A stretch of 61,180 bases of DNA from Bacteroidota bacterium (lineage in GTDB: Bacteria > Bacteroidota > Bacteroidia > Flavobacteriales > Flavobacteriaceae): positions 1 to 61,180 of the forward strand of contig JBJOGS010000029.1 of NCBI GenBank assembly GCA_046048095.1. The letters are read 5' to 3'. The translations under genes were made by a program, and so were the position numbers. Of the stretch, positions 50,138 through 61,118 are shown piece after piece; within the stretch, counting starts at the first letter, position 1, and every line of letters begins with the position of its first letter. The notes below the pieces were generated by a model. The model was not told where the DNA came from, ran no database searches, and saw only the letters and a program-made list of their open reading frames with translations.

Positions 50138-52818
50138 TCTTCTAGGCGCAGCGCTAAAGACTGCCCTGTTCCCATCTCAACAAGAACAGTTTCGAGTAGG
50201 GCTCCAAATGCGTCTAGCTGTTCTCGATCTCCAGCGAATGGGTGCTTGTCTTTGTTCAAATAATAGTGCGCTCTGTTTTTAGTCGAGAAGATAGAAGCCT
50301 GTACCCGTTGTGTCTGAAAATAGTGAGTATAATCGACGTGATTCATCAGCAAGTACTGATAGAAAAGCAGCTGAAAGACCTTTTGTTTCTTGACTTCAAG
50401 ACAGTCTTCTAGCTCGTTGAATGCAGCCTCTGATGGTAAGACGGTGCCTGTTTTGTAATCGGTGATTCGAAGCACTCCGTCGATTTCATCAATGCGGTCG
50501 ATTTTTCCTTTCAAAATGATTTCATCTACCTTGAGTGAATTTGCCGTCTGTCCATGCAGCTGCAATGTATAGGTATCTTCAAGGCTGAGAATGCGCAGGA
50601 CAGCTCCAGAGTTGATCGTCTCGCGATCTGCCTGAATCACTGAGCCCACATAAGAGTTTACCACGTCGTAAATTAGAATGGCACGCCCATTCTCAGGAGT
50701 CACCGAAAGGCCGTTCTTCTCGTAGGCTAGGTGTATAGCTGAGGTGACCCTAGCTTCTATAGCATCTAATCGATCAAGGGTGATCAGGCATTGCGTATGC
50801 TCGGCATACAGCAGGTCTAATGCATCGTGAATGAGTGTTCCAAGTACATTGGCCTCCATGCGATCAGATTGAGGAGGGTGATCTTTAAGTTGTAGCAGAT
50901 GGCGACGATAAAAGGTATAAGGGTCGTGTAAATAGGCTAGCATGCTTGAGACCGAAACGCCTTTTTTCAAATGCGACCCCAAGGCAGCTAGATATTCAGG
51001 GGACTTTGAAAGATTGTCGATGAGTGCTTCACTCATTTGGATAGACTGATTAAAAAATACCGATCGGTATATAATTTGCTTTTCTAATCTAGGTTCTAAC
51101 TCAATCTGATAGAGCAGTCTACTTTTCTCTTTTCCTTCGAAGGCTTCAAGTTGGCCATTATATAAGAGATGTGCCTTTGAGGCACCTTGAAGTAATCTGT
51201 AAAAGTAGTAGGTATAAATTGCGTCTTTTTCTTTGTACGTCGGAATGTCGTAAGATCGTCTCAGATCGTAGGGCAACAACGAACCAAAAGAGCGTCCTTT
51301 AGGGAGTATCTTTTCGTTAAGTGAAAGCACCACAATAGTATCAAACTGTAAATTGCGCGTTTCTAAGATTCCCATAAGCTGAAGTCCACTCTTTGGATCT
51401 CCTTTGAAGGTGATTTTTTGAGTAGACAACAATTCATTAAAGAGTACCTGAAGGCGTTCGAGCCCAAATTCGTCTGAACCTCCCTCAAAAACGCGATGTT
51501 TATGCGCTTTCATTTGTTCAAGCACTAAGGTTGATACGGGAGTTTCTATACAGCCAAGAAAATCAACAAAGCGTTGCCATTCTTCAGTCAAATCAGCGGT
51601 TTCGGTGAAAAGGTGGTGGCCGAAAAGCAGCGTTTTCTTTACCCTCGCCGCCGTTAAGAATTCTTGAACGAAAGAGGTCATCAGCTTACCTTGTTGCAAT
51701 GGATGTTCAATGAATCGTTTGATTAATGCGGTGCTGAGATAGGGCTTTTTATCGTGTATTGCTAGGCGCAAGTCGATGTAATAGTTGATCAAATAGGCCG
51801 TTGAGGTATGTGTTAAGGCGTTTCCCATGGTGATGTTTATGGGGCCTTTGGTCTGATCATAGTTCAGGGTATGAATAACAGCTTCGAGCAGTGATTCATC
51901 GGCCAATACTACTACCATATCTTCAAAGCTTTCTTTGTCGTGTAGCAGCGCATTGAGGGCGTGAACTTGTGCGAGTACTCCTGGAGCTTCTATGATTTCT
52001 ATCTCGCGCTGCTTGTGAAATAGCGCATTATTTTCTTTAAACACGCTAAATGGACGCTGTCGTTCTAAAAAATTCCACTCAGATCGGTAACGTCGAATGA
52101 ATAAGCCCGATTCGTGTTGATCGTCCTGAAGTAGGTCCCAGTCGATATCCCAAAAGATTCGTGAGCCTTCGACCGCGGTCAATAGCGTCTTTACCACCTC
52201 TTGTTCGGCCCGAGAAAAGGCGTTGAACCCAATGAAAACAAATGGGGCGTGTTGCTCAGAGGCAAAGCTCGAAACTTGTTCAAAAGCTCTGCGATATACT
52301 AGTCCTTGATAGGCTTTTTTATGCGGATCACAATAGCTTATGAAGGCGCGGTATACCGAAGCGATGCGTTTTACTCGTGAGAGATGTGACCGCATGAGTT
52401 CGGATTGTTGATCTGGGGCAAAGGTGGCATCGAGTTCGATGAGCTGCTCAAGTTCTTTGAAAAGCTTATCGGCAGGGCTTAATGAAAGGTCAATGTCGTT
52501 AAAGTCTTGCAGCAAGAGCTTTCCTAGGTTTTGAAAACCTTTTATGCTCAAGCGGTCTTTAAGAGGCACTGAGTCATTATATATCTTGTGCAATTCAAAC
52601 AATTGATCTGTTGAAGAAAGCAGTGCGTAGCCTGAGATCTGTTCGAAAAGCTCATCGATTGTGAGGCATTCGGGCGCCCAAATGGGACGCTTATTTTTCT
52701 CTGCCAATACACGGTAGACTTCGGATACACTTCGTCTGTTGGGCACCACATAAACAAACCCGTTGAGCGGAGCATACTGCTCGAGTTGGGTTAAGACATG
52801 GTACACAAATGAATTCAT
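50134..52818 (-). CDS. PD-(D/E)XK nuclease family protein (AddB-like partner of the UvrD-type helicase)
   Basis: 894 aa with a C-terminal nuclease motif (GKIDRIDEI...ITDYKTG). No AddB-type 4-Cys Fe-S cluster is visible. Confidence 0.75.
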   Translation of the reverse strand: MNSFVYHVLTQLEQYAPLNGFVYVVPNRRSVSEVYRVLAEKNKRPIWAPECLTIDELFEQISGYALLSSTDQLFELHKIYNDSVPLKDRLSIKGFQNLGKLLLQDFNDIDLSLSPADKLFKELEQLIELDATFAPDQQSELMRSHLSRVKRIASVYRAFISYCDPHKKAYQGLVYRRAFEQVSSFASEQHAPFVFIGFNAFSRAEQEVVKTLLTAVEGSRIFWDIDWDLLQDDQHESGLFIRRYRSEWNFLERQRPFSVFKENNALFHKQREIEIIEAPGVLAQVHALNALLHDKESFEDMVVVLADESLLEAVIHTLNYDQTKGPINITMGNALTHTSTAYLINYYIDLRLAIHDKKPYLSTALIKRFIEHPLQQGKLMTSFVQEFLTAARVKKTLLFGHHLFTETADLTEEWQRFVDFLGCIETPVSTLVLEQMKAHKHRVFEGGSDEFGLERLQVLFNELLSTQKITFKGDPKSGLQLMGILETRNLQFDTIVVLSLNEKILPKGRSFGSLLPYDLRRSYDIPTYKEKDAIYTYYFYRLLQGASKAHLLYNGQLEAFEGKEKSRLLYQIELEPRLEKQIIYRSVFFNQSIQMSEALIDNLSKSPEYLAALGSHLKKGVSVSSMLAYLHDPYTFYRRHLLQLKDHPPQSDRMEANVLGTLIHDALDLLYAEHTQCLITLDRLDAIEARVTSAIHLAYEKNGLSVTPENGRAILIYDVVNSYVGSVIQADRETINSGAVLRILSLEDTYTLQLHGQTANSLKVDEIILKGKIDRIDEIDGVLRITDYKTGTVLPSEAAFNELEDCLEVKKQKVFQLLFYQYLLMNHVDYTHYFQTQRVQASIFSTKNRAHYYLNKDKHPFAGDREQLDAFGALLETVLVEMGTGQSLALRLED

Positions 52819-52825
52819 GATAGCG

Positions 52826-54139
52826 TTATTGCTTAGAGATCAAATGAATTTCAACCCGTCTATGCGGATGAGGCTCAACGCCATCAAGCGACTTATCTTC
52901 TGGTAGTTCTCCTCTTCCTTCAAAACGAAGTCTTTCAGCATCGATCCCTCGAGAAACTAAGTAGTCATAAAAGGCTTTGGCCCGTTCTTCTGATAGGCGT
53001 TGATTTAATGCCGTGGGGCCTATAGCATCAGTGAACCCCAAGATAAGATAGTGTTCGAGCACATTTTTCTTCATGCTGCGCACAACCGCCTCTAACTGTT
53101 GATCGACGGGACTACTGAAATCTCCGTCACCTCTCGAAAAAGGCAGTTGCATTGCCTGCTGATTTAAATCAATGACTAGCGCGGCTAATATCGGCTCAGG
53201 ACATCCGAAGTTAGCGATACTGCCTTTAATCATCGGACATTGATCAAGCGCATCCGCTACACGATCTCCATCGGCATCGTCGATGGGGCACCCTTTGTTT
53301 TCTGGGACTCCGGCAACCAATGGGCATAAATCATCGATATCGACGATTTGGTCATTGTCTTGATCTGGGCATCCTAGATTGGCACCTAGACCAAAGTCGT
53401 CTGGACAACGGTCGTTTTCATCTGAAACACCATCCAAATCTCTATCGGCACAGGCCATGGGAGCAGTAAACTTAGGCCTAGAGGGTCGAAGTCGGTAACT
53501 GAGTCCGCTCGTATAGGTTAAAAAGTCAAAAAAGTTTTGGTTAAGTCCAGAGGTGAATTCGGTGCCTAATTTTAGTTGGAAATTCTTTGATAAGACCAGC
53601 GTTGATTCAAGGCCTCCTGAGGCTATGGTTGATGAATTTTGTTCTACCCCTGCTAGTCCAAATCCCAGAACGGCACCTAAATCAAAGGGCCCGATGCGTA
53701 CCAAGGGCTTACTATAGCGCAATTGAAGAACTGATAGCGTTACCGGATTGATCGTTTGAGGGCCATACTCGGTGAGTCTGGATATGCCTAACCTCAAGCC
53801 TAAACGTGAACTGCCTTGTTCATGGGCGTTTATTCGCTTTGAATATTGAAGATAGAACGGCATTGAGGTGTTCCATTGCGACGGGCTGAACACCCCCTCA
53901 AATGGGCGTCCACTGATTAGCCCACTGACTTCATTGCTAATGGTAAAGGCAGAACTTTGACCGCCTTGGCCTGCCGCAAAAGCATCCACAAAAAACCCCC
54001 CTGCCTCGAGAAAAGATTGCGAACGTTGCTCTTGTTGCGCTCGAAGAGTCCCATAATTCCCTGAATAGACACATAGCATTAGGCCAAAAAGAAAGCCGAA
54101 GTGATTTTTGAAATGCATTGCAGGGCGGGGCAGGGGCAT
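52826..54139 (-). CDS. OmpA-family outer membrane protein with a beta-barrel N-domain and TSP type-3 repeats
   Basis: C-terminal OmpA-like domain (TDAIGPTALNQRLSEERAKA). An alternative start exists at MHFKNHFGF (54118). Confidence 0.85.
   Translation of the reverse strand: MPLPRPAMHFKNHFGFLFGLMLCVYSGNYGTLRAQQEQRSQSFLEAGGFFVDAFAAGQGGQSSAFTISNEVSGLISGRPFEGVFSPSQWNTSMPFYLQYSKRINAHEQGSSRLGLRLGISRLTEYGPQTINPVTLSVLQLRYSKPLVRIGPFDLGAVLGFGLAGVEQNSSTIASGGLESTLVLSKNFQLKLGTEFTSGLNQNFFDFLTYTSGLSYRLRPSRPKFTAPMACADRDLDGVSDENDRCPDDFGLGANLGCPDQDNDQIVDIDDLCPLVAGVPENKGCPIDDADGDRVADALDQCPMIKGSIANFGCPEPILAALVIDLNQQAMQLPFSRGDGDFSSPVDQQLEAVVRSMKKNVLEHYLILGFTDAIGPTALNQRLSEERAKAFYDYLVSRGIDAERLRFEGRGELPEDKSLDGVEPHPHRRVEIHLISKQ
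53234..53446 (-). repeat. Three thrombospondin type-3-like Asp-rich Ca-binding repeats inside the ompA-family gene
   Basis: DRDLDGVSDENDRCPD / DQDNDQIVDIDDLCP / DDADGDRVADALDQCP (about aa 232-302). Confidence 0.6.
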
Positions 54140-54143
54140 GGAC

Positions 54144-55340
54144 TTAAATCACCTTCAATTCTTTACCTACACTGATGAAGGCTTCTATAGCCTGGTCGAG
54201 GTGCGCCCTGGTGTGGGCTGCAGAGAGCTGCACTCGTATGCGTGCTTTACCCTTAGGAACGACCGGAAAAAAGAATCCGATCACATAGATACCTTTGGTG
54301 AGCAGTTTTTCAGCCATTTGCTGAGCAAGTTTTGCGTCGTAGAGCATGACTGGAACAATCGCCGAATCGCCTTCAACGATGTCAAACTTGGCCTCTTTCA
54401 TTTGCTTTTTGAAATACGCGGTGTTTTCTTTTAACTGTTGTACTAGGCTATTGTCCCGTTTTAATAGCTCGAAGACTTTTAGCGAGGCCCCAACGATATT
54501 TGGGGCAAGTGAATTCGAGAACAAATACGGACGTGATCGTTGTCTCAATAGCTCAATAATTTCTTTCTTACCGGTGGTATATCCGCCCATGGCTCCGCCT
54601 AGAGCTTTACCAAGTGTGCCAGTAATGATGTCAATGCGGCCAAGCACAGATTTATCTTCTAGGGTACCAATTCCGGTCTCTCCTATGAATCCTGCGGCAT
54701 GGCATTCGTCTATGGCCACGAGTGCTTCATATGTTTCGGCGAGTTCACACAATTTATCAAGGGGTGCGACTAGACCGTCCATTGAAAAGACCCCATCGGT
54801 GACAATCATAATGGTTTGCGCATTATCGGCCCGGGCTTGTTTGAGTTGGGTCTCAAGGTCAGCCATGTTATTGTTTTCATAGCGGTACCGTTTCGCTTTG
54901 CAAAGTCTCACCCCATCAATGATGGATGCATGGTTGAGACTGTCAGAAATAATGGCGTCTTCGGGGCCTAAAAGCGGTTCAAAAAGCCCTCCATTGGCGT
55001 CGAAAGCGGCCGCATATAAAATGGTGTCTTCGGTGCCATAGAAAGAGGCAATCTCTGCTTCTAATTTTTTATGAATGTCTTGTGTTCCGCAAATAAAGCG
55101 CACCGAGGACATACCGAAGCCATGCGTCTCTAATGTGTCTTTTGCTGCCTGAATCACTTCGGGATGTGAAGAGAGTCCAAGGTAGTTGTTCGCACAGAAA
55201 TTGAGCACTTCTTGGCCAGAATCCAAGGTGATTTGGGCGCCCTGCTTCGAGGTGATAATTCGTTCTGATTTGTACAAGCCTTGCTCTTTCAGGTCATTGA
55301 GGGTTTCTTGTAGCTGTTTTTGGAAAGCTTTAGGGTACAT
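54144..55340 (-). CDS. kbl: Glycine C-acetyltransferase (2-amino-3-ketobutyrate CoA ligase)
   Basis: Near-colinear similarity to enterobacterial Kbl as I recall it ([34 protein letters not shown]-Lys [10 protein letters not shown]). Confidence 0.92.
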   Translation of the reverse strand: MYPKAFQKQLQETLNDLKEQGLYKSERIITSKQGAQITLDSGQEVLNFCANNYLGLSSHPEVIQAAKDTLETHGFGMSSVRFICGTQDIHKKLEAEIASFYGTEDTILYAAAFDANGGLFEPLLGPEDAIISDSLNHASIIDGVRLCKAKRYRYENNNMADLETQLKQARADNAQTIMIVTDGVFSMDGLVAPLDKLCELAETYEALVAIDECHAAGFIGETGIGTLEDKSVLGRIDIITGTLGKALGGAMGGYTTGKKEIIELLRQRSRPYLFSNSLAPNIVGASLKVFELLKRDNSLVQQLKENTAYFKKQMKEAKFDIVEGDSAIVPVMLYDAKLAQQMAEKLLTKGIYVIGFFFPVVPKGKARIRVQLSAAHTRAHLDQAIEAFISVGKELKVI

Positions 55341-55352
55341 ACGTTAAGCCGA

Positions 55353-58300
55353 TTAAAGGTGGGTAATCGTGATTTCTGGATCGAGTGTACTAAGATAAAT
55401 AATGATACGGTCTTTTACTCGGATTGGCTTACCGTCCACGAGCATCTGTTCGATGAGTTCAGCGTACTGATTAATCTGAGAGACGTGTGAGTCATTTGGT
55501 GCGCCGGTTTTGTATTCGATCAAGGTATAGGCATTGTCGACCAAGACGAACCGATCAGGAATGCATAGCGCTCCATGAACGTCGAGTAGGGCGGCTTCGT
55601 TTTTAGACCACAATGACCGACCAAAGAGGTGCTTTAATTCAGGGTGAGACAGCACGAGATTTGCCCAGTGTACACATTGATCGAGTAGATCGATTGAAAG
55701 CCCATCGATCTTTATCTGAACAGAGAGAGACTCTTTTGCCTTCAAGATATCATCGCGATCATAAACATAGCGCATGAACTGATGAAATAGGGTGCCTAAG
55801 ATTTGAGCGTCTTTAATGTGCAGCTCAGGATATGAATGAGTGAATCGCAGGGTTGGATCCGCTATAGCAAAATCAATTTTTCTTTCATCTTTTAGTAAGG
55901 ATGTAGTCGATTTCGTTTGAAGTTGGCCAAGCGTAATCTCAGTCTGAGATGCAGGATCAAACCCGTAGTGCTGTTTTAAGCAATCGTAAAATAAGGCAGG
56001 ATAGTGGATGCCTTCTTTCGTTGCAGACAAGACCTCAGTGTAGATGAACAGGGCATTTTTTGCTCGAGTACATGCCACGTAGAGCTGATTTAAATGATCC
56101 AGCGCTGTCTTGGTGCGCTCTTGTTCATAGATCTTTCTTGAATTTTCTTGGGCCTTAGTGGTCTTATCTGAAAGCGGCAAGAGCATTTCTTCGATCGGAA
56201 GCAGGTCATCTACTCGAAGCCACTCTTTTCTCGCGTTTGTTAAGCGGTTTCGCTCAATGGCGAACGGAATAAAGACCAGATTAAATTCTAGACCTTTCGA
56301 CTTGTGAATAGTGGTGATACGCAGCGCTTCATCATTTTCAGGAAGCGGCACAAAGAGCGATTCTTGGCTATCAAAATAAGAGATGAATTCTTGGATTCCT
56401 TCTTTTTTTTGGTGCTGTCGCTCGTGGATGAGTTCGAGTAAATAGTTACAGAATGCCGGATCGATCTCTCCTGCACTAGCAATTGTTGAATCGGGTCGTC
56501 CGAGAGAGAGGTGGTCAATGACAGATTTGGCAAAGACATAAGCAGACGACTTAAGTAACTGATCGATGTCGATCCCTTGTTGTCTTAGGTAGTGCTCAAA
56601 ACAGCTAATCCGATTATTCTCTTGACTATTTAGCGTATCGCGTACTTGTTTAAAGCGTTCTTTCGAATACCTTTCAGCGGTGTCCACTACTTCAAAGGCG
56701 TGCAATGGATTATTGCGGTCAAGCGCATAGCGCATTAAGGCGATGACCGCTTTAATGGTGGCATTGCGCTTGAGATCTAAGGCTTCAGACGAGATGACAT
56801 TCAATCCGGCATTCATCAAGAATTCGGCCACCTTTTGTGCTTCAGCATTGGTAGATACCAGCACCGCCATATCAGACAGGCTATAGTGATGTGCTTTACA
56901 GAATGCGAGGTCGTCAAGTAGCGCGCTCAGCTGAAATGATTCTTCTTCACTTCGCGTTTTTTCAATAAAGCGAACGCGAACTAGGCCTTGTGACAAAGTC
57001 GCTCCTGGTCTAGGCTGTTGAAGGCTAGTGTGCTTGTAGAGGTGTTGATGGGTAGGATCTTCAAGACGGTCTGCAGCCAATTCAAAGAGGTGATTGTTGA
57101 AGTTTACAATGACTGGGTCACTGCGGTAGTTAGTCGAGAGATTCTCGGTGATAGGAAGCTTAGAAAATGAATGATTTCGGTGGGTTTGAAGAGCAATAAA
57201 TTGTTGGGCATCGCCGCCCCGCCATCGATAAATAGACTGTTTGGCGTCTCCGACGATAAACACTAGGCCTTCTTTCAAGTTTTCGGCTGAATCAACCACC
57301 GACGATAGTAGCGGTTTTAAATTGTGCCACTGAAATACTGAGGTGTCTTGAAATTCATCGATAAAAAAGTACTGGTACTTTGATCCAATGCGCTCGTAGA
57401 TGTAGGGTGTGGGTTGATCGGCAATGGCGTCGCTTATGAGCGCATTAAATTCGGCTATCGGTAGCAGCTGCTCCTCTTTTAATACCGATTGGTATAAATT
57501 AAAAATTTTCTGCATGAGGCCGTAATTTCCAAGTTGACGGATTATTTCGTCTACTCGATTTCTCTCATGCAACAGTTGAACCAGTGTTGGATAATCTACC
57601 GCAATAGACTCTAGAATACTTGGGGAAACTTCTTTTCCTTTTTTAAGCAATGTCCCCTGTTCTATTTGACCGGTTACAGTAGATGAGATGAGTTTTGGCG
57701 CGTCGAACTGTCCTGAAACAAGGGTGTCTAGGTGGTCTATTATATTGGATTTAAAGACCGCATTTTTGCCAGCTGCCTCAATAGATTTTAATAGGGTAGA
57801 TGCCTTATCGACAAGTTGGTGATCGATCGCTTCTTTGTGTTTTTTTAGAAGGGCTTTATGCGGCGCAATTTGATGCAGTGCGAGCTGATTGATTTGAAAT
57901 TTTTTGCGTGAACTTTCGTTGAGCAGCTCTTTGCTGAATTCAAAAAGCTGATGACTGATGTCAAATGATTTCGAACGTTCAATCTGCTCATAGGTCAGGG
58001 TTCGAAGCAACGCCTTTAAAACCTCGTCTTCTTGAATGCTATCGATTAGTCGCTCGATTGCTTCTTTGAGCTGCGTATGGGGTTCAAGGGTCACTTCAAA
58101 TCCTGGATTCAGCGCGAGATCCAATGCAAAACTGCGAATGAGCTTGTGCGTAAACGCATCAATGGTGGTGAGCTCAAAGGCCGAATAATTGTGAAGAATT
58201 TCTTTGAGTACGATTTTCGAGCGACTTCTCAGTTGTTCTTTGCTCAGAGATAGACCTCTTGAGAGCTCATCGAGAAGCGCTTCTTTGACGGGCTCGGATT

Positions 58301-58514
58301 GATCGCAGCGATGCGCAAAATAGTGTAAACTCGAGAGTACTCGATCTTTCATTTCAGCAGCGGCTTTATTGGTGAACGTAATGGCTAAAATCTGCTGAAA
58401 AGGCCTTTTTACAGGCGATTGAAGAAGGATGCTGAGGTAGGTTTTAGCTAGCGTATAGGTTTTTCCTGAACCTGCCGCGGCACTGTAGATTTGAAAGGGA
58501 GCCTCTAGTAACAT
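55353..58514 (-). CDS. UvrD/AddA-like ATP-dependent helicase with a C-terminal PD-(D/E)XK nuclease
   Basis: Walker A AAAGSGKT, motif II DEFQDT and C-terminal LIEYKTG. Start moved to MLLEAPFQIY (58514); the track ORF extends to 58589 into the sod gene. Confidence 0.85.
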   Translation of the reverse strand: MLLEAPFQIYSAAAGSGKTYTLAKTYLSILLQSPVKRPFQQILAITFTNKAAAEMKDRVLSSLHYFAHRCDQSEPVKEALLDELSRGLSLSKEQLRSRSKIVLKEILHNYSAFELTTIDAFTHKLIRSFALDLALNPGFEVTLEPHTQLKEAIERLIDSIQEDEVLKALLRTLTYEQIERSKSFDISHQLFEFSKELLNESSRKKFQINQLALHQIAPHKALLKKHKEAIDHQLVDKASTLLKSIEAAGKNAVFKSNIIDHLDTLVSGQFDAPKLISSTVTGQIEQGTLLKKGKEVSPSILESIAVDYPTLVQLLHERNRVDEIIRQLGNYGLMQKIFNLYQSVLKEEQLLPIAEFNALISDAIADQPTPYIYERIGSKYQYFFIDEFQDTSVFQWHNLKPLLSSVVDSAENLKEGLVFIVGDAKQSIYRWRGGDAQQFIALQTHRNHSFSKLPITENLSTNYRSDPVIVNFNNHLFELAADRLEDPTHQHLYKHTSLQQPRPGATLSQGLVRVRFIEKTRSEEESFQLSALLDDLAFCKAHHYSLSDMAVLVSTNAEAQKVAEFLMNAGLNVISSEALDLKRNATIKAVIALMRYALDRNNPLHAFEVVDTAERYSKERFKQVRDTLNSQENNRISCFEHYLRQQGIDIDQLLKSSAYVFAKSVIDHLSLGRPDSTIASAGEIDPAFCNYLLELIHERQHQKKEGIQEFISYFDSQESLFVPLPENDEALRITTIHKSKGLEFNLVFIPFAIERNRLTNARKEWLRVDDLLPIEEMLLPLSDKTTKAQENSRKIYEQERTKTALDHLNQLYVACTRAKNALFIYTEVLSATKEGIHYPALFYDCLKQHYGFDPASQTEITLGQLQTKSTTSLLKDERKIDFAIADPTLRFTHSYPELHIKDAQILGTLFHQFMRYVYDRDDILKAKESLSVQIKIDGLSIDLLDQCVHWANLVLSHPELKHLFGRSLWSKNEAALLDVHGALCIPDRFVLVDNAYTLIEYKTGAPNDSHVSQINQYAELIEQMLVDGKPIRVKDRIIIYLSTLDPEITITHL

Positions 58515-58544
58515 CTGCTTAATGCAAAATACACACTTTAGCCT

Positions 58545-58552
58545 TATTTTTG
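58545..58552 (+). promoter_or_regulatory. Candidate -7 promoter box TATTTTTG for sod
   Basis: Matches TAnnTTTG and ends 31 nt upstream of the sod ATG. No convincing -33 TTG was seen. Confidence 0.25.
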
Positions 58553-58582
58553 TAGAACTACACATCTTAAAAACAGAAACAT

Positions 58583-59191
58583 ATGTCATTTGAATTGCCC
58601 AATTTGCCTTACGCCCATGACGCGCTTGAGCCTCATATCGATGCGCGTACTATGGAAATTCATCACGGAAAACATCACGCCGGATACACGGCTAAATTGA
58701 ATGCTGCGGTAGAAGGAACAGCACTTGAGGGAAAGTCAATTACCGAAATTCTCAAAGGGCTTGATATGAGTAACGGCGCACTCAGAAATAATGGAGGAGG
58801 GTATTACAACCACAATCTTTTTTGGGAAGTAATGGCTCCAAATGCTGGAGGCGCTCCGACCGGAGAACTTGCAACTGCCATCGATAAGGCCTACGGTTCT
58901 TTCGAGGGGTTTAAAGATGCGTTTAGCAATGCGGCAGCTACCCAATTTGGTTCTGGATGGGCATGGTTGTGTGTCCACAAAGGAGGAGCGGTTGAAGTGT
59001 GTTCTACACCCAACCAAGACAATCCGTTAATGCCTGGAGTAAGTTGCCAAGGAACGCCAATACTCGGATTGGATGTTTGGGAACACGCCTATTATCTCAA
59101 CTATCAAAATAGACGACCTGATTATATCAATGCGTTTTTCAACGTAATTAATTGGGCGAAAGTCAGTGAATTTTACGCTGAAGCGAAATAG
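58583..59191 (+). CDS. Fe/Mn-type superoxide dismutase
   Basis: HHGKHH and DVWEHAYYL metal-ligand motifs. Confidence 0.96.
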   Translation: MSFELPNLPYAHDALEPHIDARTMEIHHGKHHAGYTAKLNAAVEGTALEGKSITEILKGLDMSNGALRNNGGGYYNHNLFWEVMAPNAGGAPTGELATAIDKAYGSFEGFKDAFSNAAATQFGSGWAWLCVHKGGAVEVCSTPNQDNPLMPGVSCQGTPILGLDVWEHAYYLNYQNRRPDYINAFFNVINWAKVSEFYAEAK

Positions 59192-59194
59192 AGT

Positions 59195-59216
59195 AGCCTA
59201 CTGTGGCTAGTAGGCT
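59195..59216. terminator. Hairpin at the convergent sod/purF junction; possible bidirectional terminator
   Basis: 8-bp stem, agcctact (59195-59202) / agtaggct (59209-59216), with loop gtggct. It overlaps the purF stop codon. No strong U-run. Confidence 0.3.
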
Positions 59217-61105
59217 CTTGAACGTTTACCTTCATAGTAATTCACAAAAGCACGGTTAACTACCTTATGCCCTCCCGGCGTAGGGTAGTTTCCTGTGAAA
59301 TACCAATCGCCTTTATTTTCAGGACACGCTCGATGCAGGTCGTCAATGGTCTGAAATAGAATTTTCACCGGAGCTTTCATCTCTGAAGGACGCAATAAGA
59401 CTCCAATTTTCTGCTCAAGCTCTTCATCACTAAACGGCGCGTATATCTCCTTCACATAGTTACGAACCTCCTTGACGTCAGCATCGAGGCTGGCTAGACA
59501 TTTTTCATAGACCGTTTTAAGAATCCCTTCGGTGCCGCGATCTTTATGCAGGGCTATAGCCGCCCTAAAGGCGATAAAGTCTTCTAGGCGCGCCATGTCA
59601 ATTCCATAGCAATCGGGGTAACGTATCTGAGGAGCAGAAGAAACAACCACGATTTGTTTGGGATGCAGTCTGTCTAGCATTTTGAGTATTGACTTTTTCA
59701 GCGTTGTTCCTCGAACGATACTGTCATCAATGATTACTAAGTTGTCGGTGGTCTTCACCGATCCATAAGTAATGTCGTATACGTGGGCCACCAAATCGTC
59801 TCTACTGCTGTCTTGTGTGATAAATGTCCGCAGCTTCGCGTCTTTAATCGCTACCTTTTCAATCCGCGGGCGTACCATAAGTAGTTCATCAAGATCGTCT
59901 TCTGAAAGTTGGGCCCCCTTGGCCAAAATTTCGGCCTTTTTGTAGGCGTTAAGTCGCGATTGAGCCTCTGAGACCAAGCCTAGAAACGAGGTTTCAGCGG
60001 TGTTGGGGATATACGAAAACACCGTGTTAAATAGGTCGCCTTCGATGGCTTTGTAAACGCGATTGAACACATAACGCCCGAGCGCTTTCCGCTCTTTGTA
60101 GATATCTTCGTCACTGCCTCGAGAGAAGTAAATTCGCTCGAAGGAACAGGCCTTCTTTTCGGTAGCTTCTAGTACTTGCTCTAGAGAAATTATTCCTGAT
60201 TTCTTGACTATGAGTGCTTGACCGGGCTCTATTTCTCGAATCTGGTCTTTTTTTACATTGAAAACGGTTTGAATGGCTGGACGTTCTGAAGCAACCACCA
60301 CGATTTCGTCGTCTTGGTAAAAATAGGCAGGACGTATACCCGCTGGATCTCTCAACACAAACGCATCACCATGACCGATGAGTCCGGCCATCGCATAGCC
60401 TCCGTCCCAATTTTTTGCCGCTTTTCGCAAGATGCGAGCAACATCGAGACGTTCGGCAATAATACTTGATGCCTCGCGTTTGTTGAAGCCTTCATTTTTG
60501 GCGTCTTTATACAATTTACCGACCGCGTCGTCGAGAAAGTGTCCGATGCGCTCCATGACAGTGACCGTATCAGACATCGCTTTTGGGTGTTGACCGATGC
60601 GCACCAGTTCGTTGAACATTTCTTGAACATTGGTCATATTGAAGTTTCCAGCAACAATGAGGTTGCGATGCATCCAATTATTTTGTCGCAGAAACGGATG
60701 GACATTTTCGATGCTATTTTGGCCAAAGGTGCCATAGCGTACATGCCCGAGCATGAGTTCTCCGAGGTAAGGAATGTTCTCTTTGAGAAAATCTAGGTTT
60801 TCGTGCTCTTCGGGATGTGCGTCCAGTACCCCTTGAATACGCGCATTTATCTGGTCAAAAATATCCTGGATGGGCTGCTTTTCTGCTGATCGCACCCGTG
60901 CGATATAGCGTTCTCCGGGCTGCATATCGAATTTTATAGTAGCCATCCCGGCACCGTCTTGGCCGCGGTTGTGCTGTTTCTCCATCATGAGATACATCTT
61001 ATTTACCGCGTAAAAGGCTGTTCCGTATTTCTCTTTATAGTATTCGAGTGGCTTAAGTAATCGAATTAGGGCTATTCCGCATTCGTGTTTGATGGCATCA
61101 CTCAT
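59207..61105 (-). CDS. purF: Amidophosphoribosyltransferase (long Bacteroidota form)
   Basis: Short propeptide followed by the Ntn Cys (MSDAIKHE/CGIA). PRPP motif VIIDDSIVRGTT. 632 aa. Confidence 0.93.
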   Translation of the reverse strand: MSDAIKHECGIALIRLLKPLEYYKEKYGTAFYAVNKMYLMMEKQHNRGQDGAGMATIKFDMQPGERYIARVRSAEKQPIQDIFDQINARIQGVLDAHPEEHENLDFLKENIPYLGELMLGHVRYGTFGQNSIENVHPFLRQNNWMHRNLIVAGNFNMTNVQEMFNELVRIGQHPKAMSDTVTVMERIGHFLDDAVGKLYKDAKNEGFNKREASSIIAERLDVARILRKAAKNWDGGYAMAGLIGHGDAFVLRDPAGIRPAYFYQDDEIVVVASERPAIQTVFNVKKDQIREIEPGQALIVKKSGIISLEQVLEATEKKACSFERIYFSRGSDEDIYKERKALGRYVFNRVYKAIEGDLFNTVFSYIPNTAETSFLGLVSEAQSRLNAYKKAEILAKGAQLSEDDLDELLMVRPRIEKVAIKDAKLRTFITQDSSRDDLVAHVYDITYGSVKTTDNLVIIDDSIVRGTTLKKSILKMLDRLHPKQIVVVSSAPQIRYPDCYGIDMARLEDFIAFRAAIALHKDRGTEGILKTVYEKCLASLDADVKEVRNYVKEIYAPFSDEELEQKIGVLLRPSEMKAPVKILFQTIDDLHRACPENKGDWYFTGNYPTPGGHKVVNRAFVNYYEGKRSRAY

Positions 61106-61118
61106 GAGAGGGGTCGTT

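Noticed and set aside
50134-58514. UvrD-like helicase plus PD-(D/E)XK nuclease as a phage-defence module (Gabija-like or similar)
   Set aside because: The sizes (about 1050 and 894 aa), the dual-nuclease architecture and the embedding among core genes fit the conserved AddAB-like end-processing pair. No ATPase/OLD or other defence partner is present.
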